Sequence record: NZ_CP071287.1
Source: a plasmid
Reading direction: 5' to 3' (one strand)
DNA length: 39,782 nt
Notes under the pieces: generated by a model
The model's input: only the letters and a program-made list of their open reading frames with translations
Told to the model about the DNA's origin: nothing
The model's database searches: none
Part shown: positions 7,083 through 14,994 of the stretch, piece after piece
How positions within the stretch are numbered: the first letter of the stretch is position 1
Layout of the letters: each line of letters begins with the position of its first letter
Position numbers and translations under genes: made by a program

Positions 7083-9125
7083 TTATCTGCTCAAACCGCC
7101 TGATTTATTCTGTTCACGGTGTTTTCTTTCCATGTCCCATTCAACTTCTTCTAACCCTTTTTTACGTTGGTTTTCATTATTATATAAAACACTAATTAAA
7201 ACTCCACTAAATAAACGATTCATATATTCTGCTGGGCTTGTATCTGCATAGGTAACTGATTGGTAGTTTTCCATATTTTTATCTCTATAAAATTCATTTT
7301 TATAGGACTGTTTATCATTCCTGTTTGTTGCTTCTTTTAGCAATTCAGGATCAATATTTTTATCTGCTTTAGCTTCTCCAATAAAGAGTTTTTTTGTTCC
7401 CTCAAATTTCAAAACTCTTGTCAGATGTTTATTATTTATATCCTCTAATCTTATTCTTCCAGCAAGATAAGAAAGTCCTTGATTATGTTCTTTTGTAGAA
7501 AATAGAATTGGCGGTTCTTTAACAATATTTTCTAATTCACTTTGAGTAAGTTTTTTGATTTTTGGGTTGAAATAGATTACTGCATTATATGTTTTTTCTT
7601 TTTCAACTAAACTTAGTTTATTTAATTCACTATCAGGGAAAATTGTTCCAAGAACAACAGAATATTGTTGTTCTACAATTTTTCTTACTTCTTCAATAGA
7701 ATTAATTTGTTTAAGACTACGTTGAATAATATCGAGTTCTTTTGAAAATTCTTCTGATTCATAATTTCTTAAAATTTTACCATGTGACATTGCAATATGT
7801 TCATAGTTATATCCTTGATAAGCTAAAACATTATTGATGTTATCAATATGATATTTTTCTTGTTTTGAAAGCATAGTTAAACTTGTAAATGGTCGCTTAG
7901 TTAAAGCAACTATTTGCCTATTTAAACTATCTGCTCTAATCATTGATAATCTATCGTCTAATTCTGCACCAGTAAATACTTTATTTTCACTCTCTGTTTC
8001 TCTGATTAATTGACGCTTTTCAGGCATAGAAAAAGCATTGCTATCTACGGTCGGATACATAGCTTTTATACTTCTATCTACAACTTTATCAATCAAACGA
8101 TTTGCATTATCAAGTGAAAATTCTTGTTGACTGACTTTGTTTAATTCTTCTGAAACATCTTTACCAACAATTTGCTTAATTAAAACACTATTTTTCCAGT
8201 TGAAAAGCATTTTATTTTTTTCTTCAAGGTGTTCTAAATCAATAAAGGTATGCAACTCTTTACTCAATTCAGCAATAACTTTCTTTTCGTTGAAAGAATA
8301 GAAATTTTTTAGTTGCTTAACTTTAAGTTCATTATTGATTTTTTCGTCAAGGCTTTCTAGTTCTGCTTTATGTTGTCTATTTTCTAAAACAAGTTCATTA
8401 AATTCAGCACGTTCATCACGATTTCCAGTCACTCCTACGTGTTGTGTTGCAATATCATTTATACCTTGTGCTTCTAGTGTTTTTTCACTAATTCTTTCAT
8501 CAATCTTTTTTTCTTGAAAAACAGAATTAACATGTTCTGCCCATGCTTTTCTCCATTCTTCAACTTTACCTACTTTATCCCAGTCAACAAGCCAAATTTT
8601 TCTACTTCTAGCATGACCATTAGCTGTATAAGTTTTGTTTCCATTTTCATCTAAAATATATTCTTTTTTAGCTTTTTGTCCCCAGCTTCCATCAGCATTA
8701 AACGGTCTATTTGTAAGCATAACATGAGCATGAGGGTTTTCATCATGATCTCTATGAATTGCAACATCTGCAACCATACCTTTATCAACAAATATTTTTT
8801 GAACATATTCGGTCAATAGTTCTTTTTGTTCATCTTCTGATAATTCAATAGGCAAAGCAACGTTAAATTCTTTTGCGTATCTTGAATTTACTTTACGGTC
8901 AATTGCTTCAACTTCGTTCCATAATTTTTGTCTATCTTTAGCCCATTCAGGTGCATTTTCAGGTAAAAGGATAAAACTTTCAGGCATGACACTACGATCA
9001 TAAAAATAAGTTTTATTTTCCATTTCGCTATAAAGTTTTTCGCCACTTCTATAACTTGCACTAGCTACTGCACTTCTTCCCTTACCAGCACTAATATTAC
9101 TAAAATTCATGTGAAATATTGCCAT
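7083..9125 (-). CDS. mobA: MobA/MobL-family (MOBQ) relaxase, 680 aa
   Basis: N-terminal catalytic Tyr motif (SAVASASYRSGE) and histidine triad (HRDHDENPHAHVML). Confidence 0.9.
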   Translation of the reverse strand: MAIFHMNFSNISAGKGRSAVASASYRSGEKLYSEMENKTYFYDRSVMPESFILLPENAPEWAKDRQKLWNEVEAIDRKVNSRYAKEFNVALPIELSEDEQKELLTEYVQKIFVDKGMVADVAIHRDHDENPHAHVMLTNRPFNADGSWGQKAKKEYILDENGNKTYTANGHARSRKIWLVDWDKVGKVEEWRKAWAEHVNSVFQEKKIDERISEKTLEAQGINDIATQHVGVTGNRDERAEFNELVLENRQHKAELESLDEKINNELKVKQLKNFYSFNEKKVIAELSKELHTFIDLEHLEEKNKMLFNWKNSVLIKQIVGKDVSEELNKVSQQEFSLDNANRLIDKVVDRSIKAMYPTVDSNAFSMPEKRQLIRETESENKVFTGAELDDRLSMIRADSLNRQIVALTKRPFTSLTMLSKQEKYHIDNINNVLAYQGYNYEHIAMSHGKILRNYESEEFSKELDIIQRSLKQINSIEEVRKIVEQQYSVVLGTIFPDSELNKLSLVEKEKTYNAVIYFNPKIKKLTQSELENIVKEPPILFSTKEHNQGLSYLAGRIRLEDINNKHLTRVLKFEGTKKLFIGEAKADKNIDPELLKEATNRNDKQSYKNEFYRDKNMENYQSVTYADTSPAEYMNRLFSGVLISVLYNNENQRKKGLEEVEWDMERKHREQNKSGGLSR

Positions 9126-9149
9126 ATCTTAGTTTCTCCTTTCCCTTGT

Positions 9150-9245
9150 TTTTTTGTTGTTGCCAAAGGCAACTTCTGATACCATTTTTTTGAGCAATTA
9201 CACCACCCAATTTTGGAGTGGTGTGTAAGTGCGCATTGTCCTCGC
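9150..9245 (+). promoter_or_regulatory. oriT: oriT. IR1 is gttgccaaaggcaac (9159..9173). IR2 is acaccac-N11-gtggtgt (9199..9223). The putative nic core GTAAGTGCG|CATTG follows, with the nick predicted near 9232/9233.
   Basis: The architecture matches the R1162/RSF1010 oriT (inverted repeat then TAAGTGCG|CCCT), immediately upstream of mobA. Confidence 0.75.
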
Positions 9246-9319
9246 TTCGCTCGGTCTGCTGACGCTTCTAAATCTTAATTCCATTTTACTATTTTTTTTG
9301 GTTTTTAGCAACTAATCTG

Positions 9320-9348
9320 TTGACATATATTTTTTATTATGATATTAT
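9320..9348 (+). promoter_or_regulatory. near-consensus sigma-A promoter: TTGACA, 17 bp, TGaTATTAT (extended -10)
   Basis: ttgacatatattttttattatgatattat is followed by the RBS GAGGTG and the ATG at 9386. Confidence 0.7.
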
Positions 9349-9385
9349 CTTGTTACGGTCAATAAAAATCAAGTGAGGTGTACTT

Positions 9386-9688
9386 ATGGCATTATCTAGT
9401 TTAGAAAAACAACAAGAAAAATTAAATAAGCTAAACGAAAAAATTAAAAACGAAAAGAAAAAAATTGATAACAAAGTAGGTCATGAAATTATCAAATTGT
9501 CTAATCTTGATTATTCAAAATTGACTACTGATAAAATCAAAGAATTAACTAAAGAATTTTCAGAATTTTTAAAAGGAAAAAATAGTTCTGATGAAACTGA
9601 AAAATCTACTGATTCTGTTTCTGATGAAAACATTAATTCAGTTCATGAAAAAACTGAAAATAATTATAAAAATGAAAACAATTTTTAA
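9386..9688 (+). CDS. hypothetical lysine-rich coiled-coil protein (100 aa) with an acidic Ser/Asn-rich C-terminus
   Basis: Strong promoter and RBS. No recognisable catalytic motifs. Confidence 0.55.
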   Translation: MALSSLEKQQEKLNKLNEKIKNEKKKIDNKVGHEIIKLSNLDYSKLTTDKIKELTKEFSEFLKGKNSSDETEKSTDSVSDENINSVHEKTENNYKNENNF

Positions 9689-9700
9689 GGTTGATTGCTT

Positions 9701-9967
9701 ATGAGTAATCAACTTGAAAATTTAATTTCTAAAAAAGAAGAAATTCAAAAAAAAATTGAACGTGAAAATTTAATTTTAAAAAAATCAAAATATCTTGAAA
9801 GTACAAAAGAAAGAAAAGCAAGAACTCGAAAATTAATACAAAAGGGTGCTTTACTAGATAAGTATTTTGAAATTGAAAATCTTTCAATTGATGAAACAGA
9901 AGATTTTTTAAAAATTTTCTCAAATTATATAAAAGAAAATAAACCTGATAAATATAAAAAAAACTAA
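9701..9967 (+). CDS. hypothetical coiled-coil protein (about 89 aa) containing …KERKARTRKLIQKGALL…; possible relaxosome accessory or DUF3847-like
   Basis: The RBS aaggttga precedes the ATG at 9701, and the gene is translationally coupled to the upstream gene. The family assignment is from memory only. Confidence 0.5.
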   Translation: MSNQLENLISKKEEIQKKIERENLILKKSKYLESTKERKARTRKLIQKGALLDKYFEIENLSIDETEDFLKIFSNYIKENKPDKYKKN

Positions 9968-10000
9968 CTACTTTATTTTTTGTAGTTAGTTTTTTTATAT
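9961..10000 (+). terminator. rho-independent terminator aactaactac-N-gtagttagttttttt
   Basis: Perfect 10-bp stem followed by a T-run, directly after the stop codon. Confidence 0.75.
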
Positions 10001-10019
10001 TAAATAAATTTACTAAAAT

Positions 10020-10269
10020 CACGTTTCATTTTATTTTGTTCTTTTACTATTTTTAGATATTCTATACATTCGTCTAATTCTAAATTATACCAGCTTCCAA
10101 ATGCTATTATATCTCCTATAATTATTTCATCTTCATTTTCGATAAAACTAACTTGTACTGATACTTCTTTTGTTGAAAGTCCTGTTTTAATTTCTAAGTT
10201 ATATCTATCAAAATCATATTTATTATTTTGAGTATCTTTTATTGTTTCAACGCTACTAACTTTTATTAT
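10020..10269 (-). other. open frame of about 83 codons from an ATA codon at 10269 to the stop at 10020, with no ATG/GTG/TTG start; about 93 codons if counted from the TAA at 10299, as in the finding. The SD AAAGGAG lies 8 nt upstream and overlaps the stop of the 10283..10600 gene.
   Basis: Translation reads IIKVSSVETIKDTQNNKYDFDRYNLEIKTGLSTKEVSVQVSFIENEDEIIIGDIIAFGSWYNLELDECIEYLKIVKEQNKMKRDFSKFI*. It is not in the ORF track because it lacks a canonical start. Confidence 0.35.
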
Positions 10270-10282
10270 TTTAAATTCTCCT

Positions 10283-10600
10283 TTATAAAAATAAATTATT
10301 ATTTTTTATATCCCATTCAAACCATTCAGCAAAATCATGCTTCATGCCATTAATAGAATATTTTTGTTGTTCTTTTTCTTCTTCTTCGTCATAAGGGTCT
10401 AACGCTGTCGGCTTGTCTTGCGGTCTTGCATATACTCCAACCCATTCATTATTATCGCCATACTCAAAACTACTATCAATTAAAAACCCTTTTTTTGCGA
10501 GTTCTTCTCTTACCTGTGCTTTGATATATTGTAATTCTGCTGTACCGTCAAACCAGTCATTTTTTAAATCTTCTAATTTGATTTTTTTGTTGTTTGTCAT
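10283..10600 (-). CDS. hypothetical acidic, Trp-rich protein (105 aa), paralogue A of the 35448..35813 gene
   Basis: About 55% identity with paralogue B over the full length (…QYIKAQVREEL…GFLIDSSFE…WVGVYARPQDKPTALDPYDEE…QYSINGMKHDFAEWFEWDIKN). Confidence 0.7.
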   Translation of the reverse strand: MTNNKKIKLEDLKNDWFDGTAELQYIKAQVREELAKKGFLIDSSFEYGDNNEWVGVYARPQDKPTALDPYDEEEEKEQQKYSINGMKHDFAEWFEWDIKNNNLFL

Positions 10601-10900
10601 AATGTTTTTCTCTTTTCTTTTTTGTTTTTAAAATTCATTTTTTTGTTATGTTTGGAAGTGAAGTTGTTAGCTGGAATTTAAAAAAATATTGAATTTCATA
10701 ATATTATGTGTCCTTTCTTTTTTGAGTGATCCATTTTTTCGCCTTGCTTGTTTTTGGTTGTTGTGATTGAGGGGGAACAGAATTTCAAAGCAGAAACAAG
10801 GGCGAGCTTGCGAGTATATTTACCCTTGTTTCTGATTTGGGGTTCTGTTAACATGATTGAATAACGACTATTAAGCAAGGCAATGGATATTTCAAAGAAA
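10601..10900 (-). promoter_or_regulatory. conserved structured leader of paralogue A: hairpin 10781..10822 (11-bp stem, 20-nt loop), 12-codon uORF 10696..10734 (MDHSKKKGHIIL) and a conserved GAAGTGAAG box
   Basis: Aligns with the leader of paralogue B (35814..36030). The hairpin stem sequences differ but remain complementary (compensatory changes). The loop core GCAAGCUCGCCC is conserved. Confidence 0.6.
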
Positions 10901-10961
10901 GATTTATAAGATTATGAAATTCATGCCCTTATTTTTTTTAATTACAGATATTTTTTATAAA

Positions 10962-11005
10962 AAAAAAGCAATTACTAAACTTTTTTAGTAGTTGCTTTTT
11001 TCCAT
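10962..11005. terminator. bidirectional terminator aaaaaagcaattactaaacttttttagtagttgctttttt downstream of repB
   Basis: 9-bp stem flanked by an A-tract and a T-tract. Confidence 0.65.
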
Positions 11006-11077
11006 GCTTTTATATCTTTTATTTTGCAGACCTACTCAAAGTTGTCGCTTTTAGGAGGTCGTCCATTTTTTCAGTCA

Positions 11078-12232
11078 TTAATCTATATCCTGCCTTTTTA
11101 CCGTAGGTAGGTATTGTTCAATTGCCTTTTTAAGATACTTTGCAATGTTCCCTTTTGAATAAGGTTCTTGCTTCTCACGAACGTATGAGAGATGCTTTTT
11201 GACCCCCTCAAGTCCTCGTAATGTTTTGAGTTCGTCATACTTTGGATAAACATTTTTTTGCAAGCCAGCCATGATTGCTGGGTCGGTCATTTCATAAGGG
11301 GATAAAAGGAAATTTTCCAGCAATAACTTTGTATATTTGCTTTTCATTGCTTTTGCATATAACCTATCTTCATTTGCTTCTTTTTCAGCTTTCGCTTCTT
11401 GATTAGTTTTATCTTCTAGCTTATAGCTGTTATCATCTGCTCGACGTTTTTTCGTAATATGAAAGACGATAGAATCAATCGAACGCCCTGCTTTGATTTT
11501 TTCATAAGTCACGTTGAAAGAAGTATGAGCGTTAATTTCTTTCAAAGAGTTTTTTAAAATATACCTATCCCAGTCATTATACTTATAATATTCATTGACG
11601 GTATCAGTCATAAGTCGCATTTCTTTAACTTTAATTGACGGATTACGGTAGGCTTCTACCTGTTTGGCTCTTCGTCCGCCCTTGTTGCTGTAATGCTCGT
11701 ATTGGTTGTAATTCATGGATAACCACCGATACAAGATAATGCTGTACTTGCTATTGAGTTCTGCAAGATCTGATAAAGCGTGTTGGGTAAAATTCTTTTT
11801 GAGATTGATTAAATAAGGCATAATTTCACGATGAAATTCAATTTTTACTTCGTCGTTATAATCCGTCCACTCCACGTAAGGAATAGGCACAATGCTTTTA
11901 AATTTAAAACCCTTGCCTGCTTCTTCTTTGATTTGAAAAAAGGCTTGTTTTTGCATTTTCTCAACCGCTTGTTTAAAGCGACTATGCTTGTCATTGTCGG
12001 ATACCTTAAAAAAGGCAAATAATTCTGCTTTTGAAAGATAGACGGTATTGTCTTTGGGTGGTTCTTCGGTATTGATACAAGATACCGCCAACTCAAACAT
12101 TTTTAAGGGCGTTTTATCCATTTTAGCGATTGATGTTATCAAGCTGTTATGCTCCACCACTTTTCTTTTTGACAATTCATTCAAGGTTAGTACCTGCTTT
12201 TGGTTTTCTTTTTTTTCTGGTATAATAGACAT
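11078..12232 (-). CDS. repB: theta-replication initiator RepB (Rep_3 family, lactococcal pCI305/pWV02 type). The likely start is MSIIPEKK at 12232 behind AAAGGAG.
   Basis: N-terminal Rep_3-like region (…NSLITSIAKMDKTPLKMFELAVSCI…) and 3.5 tandem 22-bp iterons plus an AT-rich tract directly upstream. Confidence 0.75.
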   Translation of the reverse strand: MSIIPEKKENQKQVLTLNELSKRKVVEHNSLITSIAKMDKTPLKMFELAVSCINTEEPPKDNTVYLSKAELFAFFKVSDNDKHSRFKQAVEKMQKQAFFQIKEEAGKGFKFKSIVPIPYVEWTDYNDEVKIEFHREIMPYLINLKKNFTQHALSDLAELNSKYSIILYRWLSMNYNQYEHYSNKGGRRAKQVEAYRNPSIKVKEMRLMTDTVNEYYKYNDWDRYILKNSLKEINAHTSFNVTYEKIKAGRSIDSIVFHITKKRRADDNSYKLEDKTNQEAKAEKEANEDRLYAKAMKSKYTKLLLENFLLSPYEMTDPAIMAGLQKNVYPKYDELKTLRGLEGVKKHLSYVREKQEPYSKGNIAKYLKKAIEQYLPTVKRQDID

Positions 12233-12345
12233 AGAAATACTCCTTTGTGAGTGTTTAAGAATAAGCATAGAGAAAGTTTTCTTAGCGGGAAATTTCTCTA
12301 TGCTATTATTATACCATATTATGCCGAAACACTCTAGTTTTTTTT

Positions 12346-12420
12346 CGGCATATACACAGTTTTTTTTCGGCATATACACAGTTTTTTTTCGGCATATACA
12401 CAGTTTTTTTTCGGTATATA
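12346..12420. repeat. iterons: 22-bp direct repeat cggcatatacacagtttttttt, 3.5 tandem copies
   Basis: Three perfect copies plus a half copy (cggtatata), adjacent to the repB start. Confidence 0.85.
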
Positions 12421-12582
12421 ATTCCGTATATTCTTACCAACACTGACATTTTTTGCTCGCAAAAGAATAAAAGATTAAAATATATAAGATAAATTAATAT
12501 AGGCTTCGCCTTTTTTCACTACGTTTAAAAAATCTAAAAATCAAGGTCAAAAGAAAAGGTCAAAACCAAAAGATTAAAACCA

Positions 12583-12858
12583 TAAAAGCTCATATTTTAC
12601 GTTCTAAGCGATTTTCAGCACTTACCCTCATAACTTTACCTGAATCAGTTTAAAAGCCATAAGAAACGACTATATGGCTTTCTAAGGCATAATAAACTGT
12701 TTATAGCTTTGAATATAACTTGATGTTCTCTATCAGTGGTTAGCAAAGTGATTATTTAAAGATAAAAGTAAGAGATGCTCTAAAAGCTCATGTTTTGCTT
12801 TCTAAGCCCTTTTAAGTGTTAGTCCTAATAAGTTTACCTGATTCGTTTTAAAACTCCT
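12583..12858. repeat. two imperfect direct repeats of about 75 bp (12583..12657 and 12781..12858; taaaagctcat.ttt…ctaagc…tttacctga.tc.gtttaaaa…) within the AT-rich origin-proximal region, plus aaggtcaaaa repeated twice at 12543..12570
   Basis: About 75% identity by eye. Function unknown. Confidence 0.5.
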
Positions 12859-12883
12859 TAAAAGCTCTGTAAAGCGTCAAAAA

Positions 12884-12912
12884 AGCCTTTGAAACTTTAA
12901 AAGGCTTTTAAA
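12884..12912. terminator. bidirectional terminator aaaagccttt-gaaactttaa-aaggctttt
   Basis: Perfect 9-bp stem directly 3' of the 12914..13867 gene. Confidence 0.65.
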
Positions 12913-12913
12913 C

Positions 12914-13867
12914 TTATTTATTTTGTAAAACTTCGTTCCAATCTTTAAATTCTTTTGGTAAATCATTTTGAAAAGGAATATTTTTAAATTCTAAGTGCTG
13001 TAACTTATTACAGGCTTGTTTTCCAGCAATATCATTATCAAAACAAACGTGCAAAGACTGACAAGTTTCTTTTAAATTTAAGTTTTCTATACCGTATCTA
13101 AAAAATGAATAGACTTTTTCAATCGCAACTCCATTGATAGATATTAACCAAAAATTACCAGTTTCGTTTAATTCTTCTTCAAAAATAGAATAATAACTTA
13201 ATAAATCAATCTCACTTTCAAAGAAAAAGATATGTTTTGGTTCGCCACTAAGATAATTAAAACCCCACATTGTATCAGCTTCTGTTGTTGGTGCAACATA
13301 TTTAAAGAAATCTCTTTTAGTATGATATTTCTCTTTTTCTTCGTCTGTGAGTGGGATCGTACCTTGTTTAGAAAAACCTACAACTTTGTCGCCTTTAAAC
13401 CATTTAAAAATGACTTCATTATTTTCATTTTGAGAAATTAAATCATAAGAAAAAAAGGGGCGAACAATTTTATTAGGTATTTTTCGTTTTGCAACTAAAT
13501 AGCGTTGCGTTTCTAAGGGGACAATAGCTTCTTTAACTTTATAATTAAATTTTTTAGGATAGCTTTTTTTAGGGATCGCTGGAAGAACTTTACCGTCTAA
13601 ATCTTCACTTAATTTTGAGAGTGTTTCTTGTAAAGATAAATTATGCATGATCTGCATATACTGAACAACTCCACCTCGTGAATTTTTTTCAGATGAACGA
13701 CTATTCCAAACAAAATAGTTTTTCCTTTGATTAATTTTTAAACTATCATGATGTTTATGTTGATAGTAGTTATGACCAACACTTTCAAGGGGTTCTCCAA
13801 TTGAAAGTAAGTAGTCTACGATCGGTATATTGTAAAAGTCCACTTTGTCTTTTTCCATAAAAATCAC
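12914..13867 (-). CDS. Toprim-domain primase-like protein (DUF3991/Toprim type), 317 aa, with a cysteine-poor CHC2-like N-terminal region
   Basis: Toprim motifs (ESEIDLLSY … VCFDNDIAGKQA), typical of primase-like proteins in the leading regions of Gram-positive plasmids. A second possible start lies at MEKDKVD. Confidence 0.6.
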   Translation of the reverse strand: MIFMEKDKVDFYNIPIVDYLLSIGEPLESVGHNYYQHKHHDSLKINQRKNYFVWNSRSSEKNSRGGVVQYMQIMHNLSLQETLSKLSEDLDGKVLPAIPKKSYPKKFNYKVKEAIVPLETQRYLVAKRKIPNKIVRPFFSYDLISQNENNEVIFKWFKGDKVVGFSKQGTIPLTDEEKEKYHTKRDFFKYVAPTTEADTMWGFNYLSGEPKHIFFFESEIDLLSYYSIFEEELNETGNFWLISINGVAIEKVYSFFRYGIENLNLKETCQSLHVCFDNDIAGKQACNKLQHLEFKNIPFQNDLPKEFKDWNEVLQNK

Positions 13868-13883
13868 TTTCCTTTATTAATTA

Positions 13884-14264
13884 TTATGCTTTAGTTCTAC
13901 GCTCCAATGTTTTTTCTTTTGATTCTTCATTTCTAAAAGTTGAAATTCTTTTCACTTCAAAATATTCTTTTTTACCCTCTGAATTTTCTTTATAGTAACT
14001 GTCATGATAACCAATAAGACTAACTAATGATCCTTTTGTCACATATTCTGCAATACGACTGGCAATAGGGTTGTTTTTTGTATCAATTGCGGTGTATTTA
14101 ATAAAAACAGATTCTCTTTCACCAGCTTCATTTTTTTTAAAAGGGTGTTCTTGTGCTAGTGTGATTGAAACAATAGCGTTTCCTGTTTTTTCTGAAATAT
14201 TAATTTGAGGACTGTCTACTAATCTTCCTCTTGCTGTAAATTGATTGTCAGTTGCTATAAACAT
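13884..14264 (-). CDS. ssb: single-stranded DNA-binding protein (plasmid SSB); the likely start is MFIATDNQ… at 14264 behind AAAGGAG
   Basis: OB-fold SSB N-terminus (FTARGRLVDSPQ…GNAIVSITLA). Confidence 0.75.
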   Translation of the reverse strand: MFIATDNQFTARGRLVDSPQINISEKTGNAIVSITLAQEHPFKKNEAGERESVFIKYTAIDTKNNPIASRIAEYVTKGSLVSLIGYHDSYYKENSEGKKEYFEVKRISTFRNEESKEKTLERRTKA

Positions 14265-14278
14265 AAAGTTCTCCTTTT

Positions 14279-14644
14279 TTATTGTTTTAGATTTCTTGGT
14301 TGAAACCAAAAACAGAATGGGGCTAACATACAGTAGTAAGTGATAAATAATAATAATGAGGTGTGATTTTCAAGTGGTTCATGAAAAAAAGTGAGTGGTG
14401 CTGTCGCAAACATTAAGCTAAAAATACTGAAAAACCAAATGAAAATATGAACGACACGAATTGATCCACGATTATAATTTGTTGTTTTTTCAAGTCTTCT
14501 TTGAATTAAATATTCAAAGGGAAATAGTAGTCTTCTTAATAAGAAATTGCTACTTTTATTGCTAGAACGCATGAGAGCAATTAATGGCAAAAAGTAGATA
14601 CAACTTATATAAAAGTAAAGCCATAAGTCCATGATGTTTTTCAT
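14279..14644 (-). CDS. hypothetical integral membrane protein (about 121 aa, 3-4 TM)
   Basis: Hydrophobic segments. RBS GGAGG precedes the ATG at 14644. Confidence 0.5.
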   Translation of the reverse strand: MKNIMDLWLYFYISCIYFLPLIALMRSSNKSSNFLLRRLLFPFEYLIQRRLEKTTNYNRGSIRVVHIFIWFFSIFSLMFATAPLTFFHEPLENHTSLLLFITYYCMLAPFCFWFQPRNLKQ

Positions 14645-14714
14645 GAGAACCTCCTTCAACTAAACAAATTATTTAATTATTAAATAAATAAATTATTTAA
14701 TTAATTGTTTAAAG

Positions 14715-14981
14715 TTACATTTGATCTATGAGATAAGCTAACAGTTTTGATTTTGTTTTAAAACCGTGTTTTTGTGCTTGTTCTTCAATTTTCTTTATTT
14801 GACTTTCAGTCAATGAAAAAGTGACTGATTTTCTTTTTTCACTTTTCATATCATTAGACTTCAAAATAGAACTAATTACGCTGTGAATTTCATCTTCCTT
14901 TTTTGGTTCAGGATCAATTGTTTCTTTTAAATTCTGTTTAACAATTTCATCTTTATCTTTGTTAAATGTATCAAAACTCAT
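14715..14981 (-). CDS. ribbon-helix-helix centromere-binding protein (ParG/omega-like), 88 aa; partner of the ParA at 14995..15792
   Basis: C-terminal RHH pattern (…SVTFSLTESQIKKIEEQAQKHGFKTKSKLLAYLIDQM), immediately downstream of parA. Confidence 0.65.
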   Translation of the reverse strand: MSFDTFNKDKDEIVKQNLKETIDPEPKKEDEIHSVISSILKSNDMKSEKRKSVTFSLTESQIKKIEEQAQKHGFKTKSKLLAYLIDQM

Positions 14982-14994
14982 AATTTAAACTCCT

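Noticed and set aside
10696-10878. 60-aa ORF 10696..10878 (-) overlapping the leader of paralogue A
   Set aside because: Only its last 12 codons (MDHSKKKGHIIL) are conserved in position at locus B, where the uORF is 13 codons (MNQQNEKRKERTL). The long form runs through the conserved hairpin and lacks an RBS, so it is treated as a short uORF instead.
10601-10900. Considered a T-box or another known riboswitch class, or a rho-independent terminator, for the conserved leaders of the 105-aa paralogues
   Set aside because: There is no T-box consensus (AAUUAGGGUGGNACCGCG) and no recognisable riboswitch core. The hairpin is not followed by a U-tract on either strand, so it is left as an unclassified structured element.
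12048-12446. 132-aa ORF 12048..12446 (+) across the repB start and iterons
   Set aside because: It is antisense to repB and spans the iteron array. It is an AT-rich chance ORF.
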